From: Candidatus Tayloriibacteriota bacterium
Lineage (GTDB): Bacteria > Patescibacteriota > Minisyncoccia > Phycocordibacterales > PALSA-1337
DNA: 64,000 nucleotides
Reading direction: 5' to 3'
NCBI GenBank assembly: GCA_003151615.1
Contig: PLXZ01000001.1
Coordinates: 3,795-67,794, forward strand
The notes below the pieces were generated by a model that worked only from the letters and a program-made list of their open reading frames with translations, made no database searches and was not told the origin of the DNA. This document shows, piece after piece, positions 55,342 through 64,000 of the stretch (position 1 is the stretch's first letter; each line of letters starts with the position of its first letter). The position numbers and the translations under genes are program-made.

Positions 55342-56427
55342 ATGAAAATAAAAAACCTATTTATAGCCTTTATTCTCGCCGCGACCAGTGTTCTGGTTGT
55401 TGCTTCGCACGCCTCTGCCTCGACAATACCAACCCTCACCCTCAGCGTTCAAAACACCGGCTCTACCCAGATTACGGTATATGGGGATCCGAACTCGGCT
55501 GTTCTTCTCTATTACAATAATTCGACAATCGGGGGAACCGAAACGGAAACCACGGGATCGCTTGGAAGTACAAACGCGTATGGATATTTTTCAACGACGA
55601 TTAATAATGGAACATACAATATTCCCTACAATACTCTGGTATATGTGACGGTCGATGGGCAAAATTCCGCGCAGACCACGTGGCCGAATTATTTCGGCGG
55701 AACAACCATAGGTCCGGTCACGACTGGTGGAGTCGGAATTGCAAACGGACTTTCACTCAGCCAGACGAATATAAATCTTCAGGTCGCCCAAACCACAGCC
55801 GTAACACCCCTTTCTGGAGGCAATTACACAAATGGCTACAATTATCCTTACGGCTCTTACTATGGAAACTACGGGACGCTTGTTGTACAAAATAATACAA
55901 ACCCGACAGCAGTTTCGACAGCCATAGTCGGCAATCAGGTCAACATAACGGGAGTAAACAATGGATCAGCGATTATAACCATTTGCGAATCGGGAATAAA
56001 TCTCTGCGGCACCGTATATGTAACCGTTGGGTCACAGACAACTTTTCCTTACCCATCTTATCCGTCCTACCCTTCATATCCAACATATCCTACGTACCCG
56101 TCTTATCCTTACCCGGCATCATCTCCGGTATCTTTCGGGACAAATGGAAATAATGTTTCGGTCAATGCTGGCGCATCAAAAAACATCACTTTGTACGGTT
56201 CGGGAAATTATTATATCTATCAGAACTCAAATCCGGCAGTTGTGACCGCGACGCTCAATGGAAACTGGCTTTCTGTGCAAGGTATCCAGGCCGGAACATC
56301 CAATATAACTGTCTGTGAGAATAATGGGACCGCTTCCTGCGCGCAACTTTTTGTCGATGTCATCGCAAACCAACAGAGTTTCTACCAGCAATTTTCTTAC
56401 ATGTATCCCTATTCTTATCCTTGGTAA
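55342..56427 (+). CDS. Secreted Ig-like repeat protein, paralog of 7280..9016, with a (YPS/YPT)n tract
   Basis: Start MKIKNLF at 55342; signal peptide; IPT.TL...QITVYG.DPN...LLYY and VYV.VDGQ....WP shared with 7280..9016. Confidence 0.8.
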   Translation: MKIKNLFIAFILAATSVLVVASHASASTIPTLTLSVQNTGSTQITVYGDPNSAVLLYYNNSTIGGTETETTGSLGSTNAYGYFSTTINNGTYNIPYNTLVYVTVDGQNSAQTTWPNYFGGTTIGPVTTGGVGIANGLSLSQTNINLQVAQTTAVTPLSGGNYTNGYNYPYGSYYGNYGTLVVQNNTNPTAVSTAIVGNQVNITGVNNGSAIITICESGINLCGTVYVTVGSQTTFPYPSYPSYPSYPTYPTYPSYPYPASSPVSFGTNGNNVSVNAGASKNITLYGSGNYYIYQNSNPAVVTATLNGNWLSVQGIQAGTSNITVCENNGTASCAQLFVDVIANQQSFYQQFSYMYPYSYPW

Positions 56428-56461
56428 TTGATGCAGAAGCGCTCTAACCGCGCTTAAAAAA

Positions 56462-56824
56462 TCAGTACGCGCCCATGTCGGCATTGATAGCGCTTACCGA
56501 TGACTGTATTTCCTGCTGGGTCCAATAAATGGCATACCAAATGGTAAAGACGGTCGAAAGCAGGAGCAGCCCGCAGGCAATCATGCCGATTTTCTTTGTC
56601 TTCGGATCGGCTGACTTGTAATATTTGAATCCCTGCCATTTTGTGACGGCCAAATAGCAGATCATTGGGAGAATCAAGCTGAAGAAATAAAGCCAGGCCT
56701 GCGCGCCAATTGAAGTGGAAAGAGGCGGCGCATTGAGCTTCGCCCCGCAATTCGGGCAAAAATAGTAGCTCGGCAAAACCGTCTGGTGGCAGGTTGGGCA
56801 CATTGTGGTTTGCGCGATTTCCAT
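56462..56824 (-). CDS. Zinc-ribbon membrane protein
   Basis: CPTC...FCPNCG followed by two TM helices. Confidence 0.75.
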   Translation of the reverse strand: MEIAQTTMCPTCHQTVLPSYYFCPNCGAKLNAPPLSTSIGAQAWLYFFSLILPMICYLAVTKWQGFKYYKSADPKTKKIGMIACGLLLLSTVFTIWYAIYWTQQEIQSSVSAINADMGAY

Positions 56825-56889
56825 ATATTTATATCATCCCATGTAACCATTTCAGTGCCAAGTCGTCCTAAATGGTGTAAAATAAACAT

Positions 56890-57882
56890 ATGAAACAAAA
56901 CAATACATCGCAAACGGGTCTTATCATGGTAATCGTCATAATAATCCTGATCGCGGCATATATATCGAGCATCGTCTTGAAACAGCCGGCGCCGGCCGCA
57001 ACATCGCCGGTGGCCACAACGACTATGCCGGTCGCAACTTCAACAATCAGCGCGACAACAACGCCTGTCGCTTCAACAACAACGGTAACGCCTCCGCCGA
57101 CATCAACGGGTCCGGCAATGATCTCGACCACGACTGCGGGAGTCTTTTACAAATATCCAGCGACGCTTTCCACAAATTACATCCAAACTGTCAATTGGCC
57201 GCCAATAGTGGTCGCAACCGACAATCAATTCATCTGCACGCAAACGGGATCGGCGACCGGACCAAACGGTAAAACTTCCCTTGTCACCATTAACACCAAT
57301 CCCTACTGCGTAACAGTGGAGGGCGACGGCGCGGCCGGTAGCAGCTATTACCAATACACATATGAATTTCCGAAAAGCGGCAAGACAATGGTGCTGACAT
57401 TTACACTCCGCTATCCGGTGTGCGAAAATTATGACCAGCCGAAATCGACCGAATGTACAAACGAAGAATCGACATTCAACGTAAACACAATCGGCGCTGA
57501 AATCGCGCAAAGCGTGCGCTACAATGTTCCTTTTGTTTCGTCACAGCCCGCGCCTGCGCCCGCCGGAGTGGTAATCAATTCCATTTCGCCCGGCTCCGGA
57601 CCGGTAGGAACCTCAATCACAATTACGGGAACAGGCTTCAACGCTTCCAATAAAGTCCTTTTTGACAACAGCGTGGCGGCTGCGAACGTGCCGCTCTCCG
57701 CGGCTTCATCCAATGGAGTGCTGGGTCTCACTTTCACGCTTCCATCGGGGATGGGTCCCGACTGCAAAGCCAACGAAGCCTGCCCAATGTATGAACTTCT
57801 CGTATCACCCGGCACCTATACCGTCACCGTCGAAAATACTGCCGGCGTAAGCAATGCGATTTCATTCGTCGTGACGAAATAA
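56890..57882 (+). CDS. Membrane-anchored protein with a C-terminal IPT/TIG domain
   Basis: TM helix, Thr/Pro linker, I.SISP.SGPVGT.ITITGTGF...PGTY.VTV.N..G.SN...F.V. Confidence 0.8.
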   Translation: MKQNNTSQTGLIMVIVIIILIAAYISSIVLKQPAPAATSPVATTTMPVATSTISATTTPVASTTTVTPPPTSTGPAMISTTTAGVFYKYPATLSTNYIQTVNWPPIVVATDNQFICTQTGSATGPNGKTSLVTINTNPYCVTVEGDGAAGSSYYQYTYEFPKSGKTMVLTFTLRYPVCENYDQPKSTECTNEESTFNVNTIGAEIAQSVRYNVPFVSSQPAPAPAGVVINSISPGSGPVGTSITITGTGFNASNKVLFDNSVAAANVPLSAASSNGVLGLTFTLPSGMGPDCKANEACPMYELLVSPGTYTVTVENTAGVSNAISFVVTK

Positions 57883-57905
57883 AAAGGGAATAATTACTTA
57901 GCGTG

Positions 57906-57977
57906 TGTTCCCGGTAGGAATCGAACCTACATCAAGACCTTAGAAGAGTCCTGTTCTATCCATTGAACTACGGGAAC
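57906..57977 (-). tRNA. tRNA-Arg (anticodon TCT), no encoded CCA
   Basis: GTTCCCG/CGGGAAC acceptor stem, D-loop AATGGATA, anticodon loop CT-TCT-AA, T-arm GTAGG TTCGATT CCTAC. Confidence 0.95.
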
Positions 57978-58015
57978 GTGAAAAAACTATAGCAGACCAG
58001 GGGTAAAATGCCAGC

Positions 58016-58372
58016 TTATAAGGAAGGGTCTGCCGGACCGGGATAACCATGTTCGTATTGCAAAGCCGCTGATGATTTTTCAGACTGGACAGTAATGACC
58101 TTCTGAAGGTTTGCCGTATCGAGAGAAGGTTCCGAGACCGTTGAGGCGGCGGATGAAACATCCGAAGAATTAAGGGGTCCCGCGCTGACGATATGCCAGA
58201 GGGCAAAAGCAAAAGAAACGCACAGTACGGCGATGGCGATAAACAGTGCCAAAATGACCGTCCAGTCGAAATAAGGATCTTTGCCGAAGCGCATGCGGTG
58301 CGCAGCGGCTGAATTTTTCGCCGCGCGCGATTTTTTCATGAAAGGAAGTTTTAATTTGAATTTTGTTTCCAT
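58016..58372 (-). CDS. Single-TM hypothetical protein at the end of the pilM operon
   Basis: Follows the pilO-like gene after 4 bp; P..DW...TM; ends DPSL. Confidence 0.65.
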   Translation of the reverse strand: METKFKLKLPFMKKSRAAKNSAAAHRMRFGKDPYFDWTVILALFIAIAVLCVSFAFALWHIVSAGPLNSSDVSSAASTVSEPSLDTANLQKVITVQSEKSSAALQYEHGYPGPADPSL

Positions 58373-58376
58373 ATAA

Positions 58377-58922
58377 CTATTCGTGAACCAACACGGCCGT
58401 CAGGTCAAAGCCGATCGTCCATTCTTTTGACGAAGCCGGCGACGCCCGAACGTTGTTGATGCTTTCCCCGTACGGCAGACTTTCGACCAGATGGAATGCG
58501 CGCATGGCGTCGGGCCATGTCCCCTGTATGTTGATATGCGCGTGTATGCTTCCGGTCGTACCCATGGCGGCGGCCGACAAATCATCGTCCGATATCGACG
58601 CTATCGTAACGGTTGCCTTGCCCGCTTCTTTTCCGACATTTTCGATCTGGCTTATGAATCCGACCGTCTGGGCGTCGCTGACGAAGAAAGAACTCAGAAG
58701 ATCGCGTTCGACCTGCGTATCGGAAAGAGTGTCGACGATCTGGCGAGCCTGGACTTCCTGCAGTTGAGCCTGGGCTATCTGGCCGTAGGCGGCGGAACTG
58801 TTCCTCATCTGCACTCCGACCTGGCCGTAAACAAACCAAAACGCAAGGACGCTGCAGATAAAAATACAGCCGGAAACGGCGAGTGCGAGATAATGGTTTG
58901 AATTGACGATTGCTTTTTTCAT
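58377..58922 (-). CDS. PilO-like pilus assembly protein
   Basis: TM, coiled coil, FISQIE, GTW......L.VESLPY; third gene after pilM. Confidence 0.65.
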   Translation of the reverse strand: MKKAIVNSNHYLALAVSGCIFICSVLAFWFVYGQVGVQMRNSSAAYGQIAQAQLQEVQARQIVDTLSDTQVERDLLSSFFVSDAQTVGFISQIENVGKEAGKATVTIASISDDDLSAAAMGTTGSIHAHINIQGTWPDAMRAFHLVESLPYGESINNVRASPASSKEWTIGFDLTAVLVHE

Positions 58923-59458
58923 TGAATTCCCGTAATGCTTATGCTGAAACTTATGTTGGTATCCGACGCCAAATCCCCTACCGGCAAATCGACCTTTGAA
59001 AAACGGCTGTCCGACGCCAGGTTATTTTTAAAGGAAACAAGGGCGTCGCGGCTTGCGGCCTTTCCCTGAATGACAATGACGGTGCCGGCGGCTCCGCTGC
59101 GGCTGATTTCAAAATCAGTTATGGTCACTCCCGGAACGCGGCGGGAAGATATGTCTTCAATGATTGAAGAAATCATAAGCGTGTCCTGGCTTTTCTGGAG
59201 AGTCGTCACCGCTGAATTTGCCGCGCCGATTTGGGCGATCGCCGCAGTCGTGCTGGCAGATCGCGCGGTCTGTTCCACCGTACCGGCTTCCGCAAGAGCT
59301 CTTTTTTCCTGCGTCACGGAAATGACATATGAGGGGAAAAGCGTCACGATGCCAATCCATACGCCCAGCGACATGAAAAGCAATGCGAGAATGAACACGC
59401 GGATGCGGTATTCTTTTTTTAAATATGCGGCGGATTGTTCGGGGATGAGCGTATACAT
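58919..59458 (-). CDS. PilN-like pilus assembly protein
   Basis: L(I)P N-terminus, TM, I.G.A.SR..L..F...L....FS.V.LP. Confidence 0.7.
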   Translation of the reverse strand: MYTLIPEQSAAYLKKEYRIRVFILALLFMSLGVWIGIVTLFPSYVISVTQEKRALAEAGTVEQTARSASTTAAIAQIGAANSAVTTLQKSQDTLMISSIIEDISSRRVPGVTITDFEISRSGAAGTVIVIQGKAASRDALVSFKNNLASDSRFSKVDLPVGDLASDTNISFSISITGIQ

Positions 59459-59462
59459 ATGT

Positions 59463-60455
59463 TTATGGATATTGGACGGGAAGGGCGAGACCTGCGGCGA
59501 CGGAATAATCCAACGAATCCCCGGCGGCTATCGGCGACACAAAATCTTCCGGCGAGAAAGCGTTGCCCCAGACGTTCGCAATTTCAACGCGGACGCCGGG
59601 CTCGGGCGAAATCCTCTCGACCAAATCCGCCGAAAGGGCGTCGCTTCCGGAAATGACGATGCGGTCTATTTCCTTTCGCCCTTCCCCGCGCTCCGCCCAG
59701 TAGTCGCTGATTTTTTTCGTTTCGGCGACGATTGTTTCGGCCACATTTTCGCCGCGCGAGATGGTTGACGTAAAGCAAGCGACTCCGTCATACACCATGT
59801 ACATGCCGATTTTGCGCTTAAATATATGGACGATGAGAACGGTTTCATGATCCGATTTTGCGACACGATTTTTTTGTATGAACGCGCGCGCCAATGCCCG
59901 GGCCTGCATTTCAAACGAGATGACCGTCAGCCCGGCATTGTTGAGTACCTCCAGATATGTCTCGACGACTTTCCGCGGCGCGACCGCGACGCTGGCGGAA
60001 ATAGTTCCCGCCGCCGGCACCTCTGTTCCCGGAATGGTGTCGAAATAAAAAATGGCGTTTGCCGGGGAAAGTGGCACATTTTCCTCCAGCCTGAACTCGA
60101 TATTTTGGGCCATCGTCTTCCTGTCCTTGTGCGCCGGGACCTGGGTTTTGAAAATATACATCTCTTCCTCGGGCAAGGAAGCCCGCACCCGCTCAATATT
60201 CAGTTCGCGGACCAATTCGGCGACAGTTGCCGTCAATTTCTCCTTTTCCTTCACAAAACCGGCTTCCACGATTCCCTGCACCAGCGGCCGCATGCCAAAT
60301 TTAGCAATGACGAGTCCGCCGTTCCTGCCGAATGTTCCCGGACCGCGCGCAAACTGTATGCAATGAACGGCACTGTCGGAAATATCAATCCCGGCATAGG
60401 GTTCGTCCAGAAATTTCGGCGGAGGAAAGAGCTTGAAGAAAGTCTTCGTAAACAT
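59463..60455 (-). CDS. pilM: Type IV pilus assembly protein PilM
   Basis: GIDISD..V, LPEE..Y, Y.EVL..AGL......E...ALARA, A.GLAL. Confidence 0.85.
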   Translation of the reverse strand: MFTKTFFKLFPPPKFLDEPYAGIDISDSAVHCIQFARGPGTFGRNGGLVIAKFGMRPLVQGIVEAGFVKEKEKLTATVAELVRELNIERVRASLPEEEMYIFKTQVPAHKDRKTMAQNIEFRLEENVPLSPANAIFYFDTIPGTEVPAAGTISASVAVAPRKVVETYLEVLNNAGLTVISFEMQARALARAFIQKNRVAKSDHETVLIVHIFKRKIGMYMVYDGVACFTSTISRGENVAETIVAETKKISDYWAERGEGRKEIDRIVISGSDALSADLVERISPEPGVRVEIANVWGNAFSPEDFVSPIAAGDSLDYSVAAGLALPVQYP

Positions 60456-60476
60456 GCGCCCATTATACTATAATTT

Positions 60477-61127
60477 TCAATTTGTTTCCCTGCGTTCATG
60501 GCGTTCCCGTACAAGATGAAAGACGGCGGGAATGAATGAAACTAAGATGATGAATACGACCAGCGGCGTAATATAGTTTTCAGCATTTGGTATGGTCTTG
60601 CCGAGAAAAAAACCGAGAAAAACGGTAAGCGCCGTCCATATGACTGCCCCGATTATATTGTATGAAAAAAACGTCCGGTAATTCATGGAGCCGACTCCCG
60701 CAATGATCGGGGCGAACGTCCGTACGATCGGCACGAAGCGCGCGAAGATAATCGTCTTTTTGCCGTGTCGGTCGTAAAATTTCTGCGCCGAGACCGGATA
60801 TTTTTTATCAAAAAAAAGCGAATCCTTTTTTGTGAAAATGGCCGGGCCGATTTTACGGCCGAACAGGAAACCGACGTTGTCTCCGGCAATGGCCGCGATA
60901 AGGGCTCCGATAAAAAGCACAATCACCGGAGGAACAATATGCCAAAGGGAAAAAGAAGGGAAAAAATTCTGCGAAGCCAGAAAGCCGGCGGTGAACAGAA
61001 GCGAATCCCCCGGCAGAAAAAAACCGAAAAAAAGTCCCGACTCGGCAAAGACAATGAGCCAAACTCCAACAAGGCCGACGGCGCCAATAATCGTGACGGG
61101 ATTTAAAATATCGTGGATGAGGTTCAT
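60477..61127 (-). CDS. DedA (VTT domain) membrane protein
   Basis: FAESGL..GFFLPGDSLLF.AG, ARFVPIVRTFAP..AG...M.Y..F..YN. Confidence 0.95.
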   Translation of the reverse strand: MNLIHDILNPVTIIGAVGLVGVWLIVFAESGLFFGFFLPGDSLLFTAGFLASQNFFPSFSLWHIVPPVIVLFIGALIAAIAGDNVGFLFGRKIGPAIFTKKDSLFFDKKYPVSAQKFYDRHGKKTIIFARFVPIVRTFAPIIAGVGSMNYRTFFSYNIIGAVIWTALTVFLGFFLGKTIPNAENYITPLVVFIILVSFIPAVFHLVRERHERRETN

Positions 61128-61147
61128 GAAATTATTTACTGAGCAAT

Positions 61148-61534
61148 TTATTTCGCGCGCGTTCCCGGTGGAATGCCGGGACCCGGTTCAAGAAGCGAGA
61201 ATGCCCCGGCGACGCCTGCGATTACCCCATCGGTTCCGGCTTGTACCGGCGCGGGCGTCGAAACAGCAAACAGCATGCCGTTGCTTTCATATCCGCGGAT
61301 GGCCCGCGGTTCCAAATTCGTCACGAACATCGCAGTGCGTCCGACAAGCGCGGCCGGATCCGGAAAATACATTGCTATTCCTGAAACAATTTGCCGCGGC
61401 GCGGCTTCCGCAAAATCAACCGATAATTTCAGCAGTTTATCGGTATCAGGAATTTTTTCCGCGGATAGTATTTTGCCGGCTTTTATTTCTACTTTCGCGA
61501 AATCGTCGTAGGTGATTCTTTGGTTTTCATTCAT
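61148..61534 (-). CDS. Stand-alone tRNA-binding OB-fold protein (MetRS C-terminal domain/CsaA-like)
   Basis: DDFAKVEI.AG.I, DKLLKL.VD, RQIVSGIA, NL.PR...G.ESNGM. Confidence 0.9.
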   Translation of the reverse strand: MNENQRITYDDFAKVEIKAGKILSAEKIPDTDKLLKLSVDFAEAAPRQIVSGIAMYFPDPAALVGRTAMFVTNLEPRAIRGYESNGMLFAVSTPAPVQAGTDGVIAGVAGAFSLLEPGPGIPPGTRAK

Positions 61535-61548
61535 ATTTGAAGTATATA

Positions 61549-61989
61549 TTAGGCTTTCTTTTTATCCAAAAAACTTTGCAAAATAATGGCGGCGGCTGAT
61601 GCGTCAATCAATGCGGCGTCGCCTTTCAATCCTTCCATTTTTTCGCGCGGATTTCCGCGCGGCTTCCCTCCTGCTGACGGCTGGGACGCCTGCGCGCTGG
61701 TCATGAACTCAAGCTGGAAATGAACCGGCACTTTTATTTCTTCCTGCAGAACGACTGAAAAACTTTCGATTTCCTTCATGATTTCATTCGGCCTGTCGTG
61801 ATAGTCGCGCGAGTCGCCGATGACAATTTCATCGACTTTTTCTGCCGAGCACAATTCGCGAATTTCCCCGACCAAAGCCGCAATGCCTTTATTCGCAATG
61901 ACTTTTTTCGGAAACGCCATGGTGCCGCCGGAATCCGACAATGCGACACCTACCCTTTTCGAACCATAATCGATGCCGAGGTATTTCAT
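61549..61989 (-). CDS. ruvX: YqgF/RuvX family RNase H-like nuclease
   Basis: LGIDYG.KRVGVA.SD, E..TS..A, D..AA.IILQ.FL; start MKYL at 61989. Confidence 0.9.
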   Translation of the reverse strand: MKYLGIDYGSKRVGVALSDSGGTMAFPKKVIANKGIAALVGEIRELCSAEKVDEIVIGDSRDYHDRPNEIMKEIESFSVVLQEEIKVPVHFQLEFMTSAQASQPSAGGKPRGNPREKMEGLKGDAALIDASAAAIILQSFLDKKKA

Positions 61990-62095
61990 CGTTCCAGTGT
62001 ACTTTAAGTTGAATGTTTGGGCAAAATGTGAGACTATGTCCACGGAATATATCTGATGAAGTTTTTGACATTGATTTTATGGTAAAATTGATTTA

Positions 62096-62605
62096 ATGTC
62101 AGAAAATTATACGAGAAAGCCAAATACAAAATGTTCAATATGCGATAAGCTTGTATATAAAAGACCCTCTCAAATTAAAAGGGGTGTTGAGAGAATATTT
62201 TGTAGCATGGCTTGCTACGGTGTTTCGTGCAGAAAAGAAATACCCTGTGTAGTTTGCGAAAAATTAATTTTATCGGGGAAAAACAGGAGGACCTGTAGCA
62301 GAAGTTGTGCAAATATAAACAGAGCCGGTATTCGTTATAAAATCAACAGTCCGCGTGATAAAGCGAAATCACAAAAGACGCTTAAAATCAGATTGCTCAG
62401 CACAAGAGAAAGGAAATGTGAACGATGTTCGTATGAAAATTATCACATACTGCAAGTTCATCACAAAGACAGGAATCGAAACAACAATAGTATTAATAAT
62501 TTGGAATTAATTTGTCCAAATTGCCACTGCGAGGAGCATTATGGACAAAAAGCAATACAAGGTGTACTATTGACAAAATCAGGGATGGGTGTCGGAGTGG
62601 TCTAA
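62096..62605 (+). CDS. HNH endonuclease with N-terminal zinc-finger repeats
   Basis: CxxC/FCS..C repeats; CERC...LQVHHKD.N..NN...NL..ICPNCH..H; AT-rich; stop codon lies inside tRNA-Ser. Confidence 0.9.
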   Translation: MSENYTRKPNTKCSICDKLVYKRPSQIKRGVERIFCSMACYGVSCRKEIPCVVCEKLILSGKNRRTCSRSCANINRAGIRYKINSPRDKAKSQKTLKIRLLSTRERKCERCSYENYHILQVHHKDRNRNNNSINNLELICPNCHCEEHYGQKAIQGVLLTKSGMGVGVV

Positions 62606-62672
62606 CGAAGCAGTCTTGAAAACTGCCGTCCTCGCAAGGGGACCGTGAGTTCGAATCTCACCCCATCCGCCA
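62583..62672 (+). tRNA. tRNA-Ser (anticodon TGA) with encoded CCA
   Basis: GGATGGG/CCCATCC acceptor stem, G discriminator plus CCA, anticodon stem GCAGT/ACTGC with loop CT-TGA-AA, long variable arm, TTCGAAT T-loop. Confidence 0.96.
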
Positions 62673-62741
62673 ACACGGTAACAAAAAAGCTCCGGAATAA
62701 TCCGAAGCCTTGATATAAATGTGCCGCAGTCATAGCATTCT

Positions 62742-63203
62742 TCAATCCCAGTCTCCGCGTTCCAGTTCATAGCGGAAATCGGGATCAAGCGCGGCGCGCA
62801 GTTCGAGACTGAATGTCCGCCACTTCATTAGGAGCGACCAAAATTCCGGTCGCTGCGTGCTGCAATATTCGGCGAAAAACATGGTGCCGTCGGGCAAGTC
62901 ATCGGTCCACACTCTTCCATGAGGCCGATGTCTTCGCCGCGCCTGCTGTGTTTCCAGCATCATGTTGTTCGGAATCGTTTCCGTCATTTTCTCGTCGAAT
63001 GCAATGACTCGTTCGAGAGCCGCGCGCCGATCGGCGTCGCGGTCTATTTTTGTCAAAAGCCGTTCGATGTAGGAGGGCGGATACGGGCGATGACCGTAAA
63101 GGCCGTCGGCGGAACCGTCGTCCCGCCACTTCCCCGGAAACAACTCGTCCTGCCGGGTGAAATCGCACGGCGGTTCAAAGATGTCCACAAGTGAAGCGCT
63201 CAT
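62742..63203 (-). CDS. Hypothetical protein
   Basis: 153-aa ORF with a minus-strand TTGACA-N17-TATTAT promoter at about 63259-63288. Confidence 0.55.
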   Translation of the reverse strand: MSASLVDIFEPPCDFTRQDELFPGKWRDDGSADGLYGHRPYPPSYIERLLTKIDRDADRRAALERVIAFDEKMTETIPNNMMLETQQARRRHRPHGRVWTDDLPDGTMFFAEYCSTQRPEFWSLLMKWRTFSLELRAALDPDFRYELERGDWD

Positions 63204-63305
63204 ATGGTTAGGTTTTTATTTCGATAAACATCAAATTACAAAAATCTTTACTGGAAATATAATACATTTTATATCGTATTTTGTCAATAAAAACACTATC
63301 GCCTG

Positions 63306-64000
63306 TCACGCGATAGTGGTTGTTTTGAGACTTTTTAAGGAAGTGCCTTTGCGGCGTTTTCTTTCGCGGAACGCGGCGATTGCCGGTTCGACGAACGTGT
63401 CAAAATAACGGATGAGCGCAAAACGCGGTCGAGGCACCAATAAATCGGCAGCCGTCACGGGCTTGCCGTTCACGGGAATATCCGTCGAAAGCTTCAACGT
63501 TCCGAACAGCCAGTCCGCCAGAGGCAAACCACAGACGAACCCGCTGACCGCTTCATTGCATTTGATATGCGCATGGTGAAAAACGTGAAAGGAATAAACT
63601 TTTTTCGCGAAATTCTCCATCCGAAACCGGCGGGCTATTCTGAAAATATTGTCTTCCCAGAATATTTTTTCGTCCCGATGCTCGACGGCGTGGATGAGCT
63701 CGTATGATACGAGCGACCATCCGATTGATCCGACCATGACGACTGCGATCGGCCACGTCGGCAGAAGCCATTGGAGCGAGACGATGATCGGCGAACAAAC
63801 GACGACAAATCCGATATACGAATATGACGGAAAGAATGATGCCGGATATTGCCGGAAATGCACGATGGCAAACTTGTTCAGCCAATGCGTCGGATTGTCC
63901 TTCGGCACCGCATTGATCGGAGTCAGATTGTGGTGCACATCGTGATGCTGTTTGAAGAGACGGCCTAAACCCGGAACCACGGGAGCATGCAGGACATACC
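63306..64000 (-). CDS. Membrane protein of the fatty acid hydroxylase/sterol desaturase type, partial (starts beyond the right edge)
   Basis: Frame open to the window end (..YVLH); His boxes HHDVHH, HAVEH and HVFHH; D.LFGT. Confidence 0.65.
   Translation of the reverse strand, partial: YVLHAPVVPGLGRLFKQHHDVHHNLTPINAVPKDNPTHWLNKFAIVHFRQYPASFFPSYSYIGFVVVCSPIIVSLQWLLPTWPIAVVMVGSIGWSLVSYELIHAVEHRDEKIFWEDNIFRIARRFRMENFAKKVYSFHVFHHAHIKCNEAVSGFVCGLPLADWLFGTLKLSTDIPVNGKPVTAADLLVPRPRFALIRYFDTFVEPAIAAFRERKRRKGTSLKSLKTTTIA

Noticed and set aside
1-64000. CRISPR array, rRNA, transposase, integrase or prophage
   Set aside because: I saw no repeat-spacer periodicity, rRNA-like stretch or such protein motifs; the repeats present are coding repeats or TR/VR.
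1-64000. Additional remote DGR targets within the window
   Set aside because: No other ORF ends in a TR-like ...RFLAVR segment. This was checked by eye only, so a computational TR search is still needed.
1-64000. Alternative genetic code (TGA read as Gly)
   Set aside because: Conserved genes translate full length in code 11, and argS ends at TGA directly after its conserved terminal ERM.

Overview
This 64 kb window is bacterial chromosome, most likely from a Patescibacteria (CPR) Parcubacteria-type genome. That assignment is inferred from the gene content, the AT-rich starts with few Shine-Dalgarno sites, the Ser/Thr-rich secreted proteins and standard code 11. Most of the window is housekeeping: ribosomal proteins, five tRNA synthetases, recA, recO, ftsK, efp, ssb, a thymidylate cluster, pilMNO and two tRNAs. 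It also holds several paralogous surface-protein genes. The main accessory element is a diversity-generating retroelement (DGR) at about 38.65-41.43 kb between glyA and rplE, with three unusual features. First, its variable region carries an in-frame 54-bp tandem duplication whose two copies are separately adenine-mutagenised. Second, avd lies antisense between the template repeat and the RT. Third, avd is out of frame with its likely ATG across a C9 tract. Other signals worth checking are a TGTCCTT motif cluster in and upstream of a winged-helix gene next to ftsK, and a 14-bp motif shared by the recA and MazF-like toxin promoters. There is also a possible antisense RNA on that toxin, a SAM-I riboswitch over sat-cysH, and a self-contained S10/spc operon fragment lacking rpmC. 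All calls come from reading the sequence by eye; no database searches were run.
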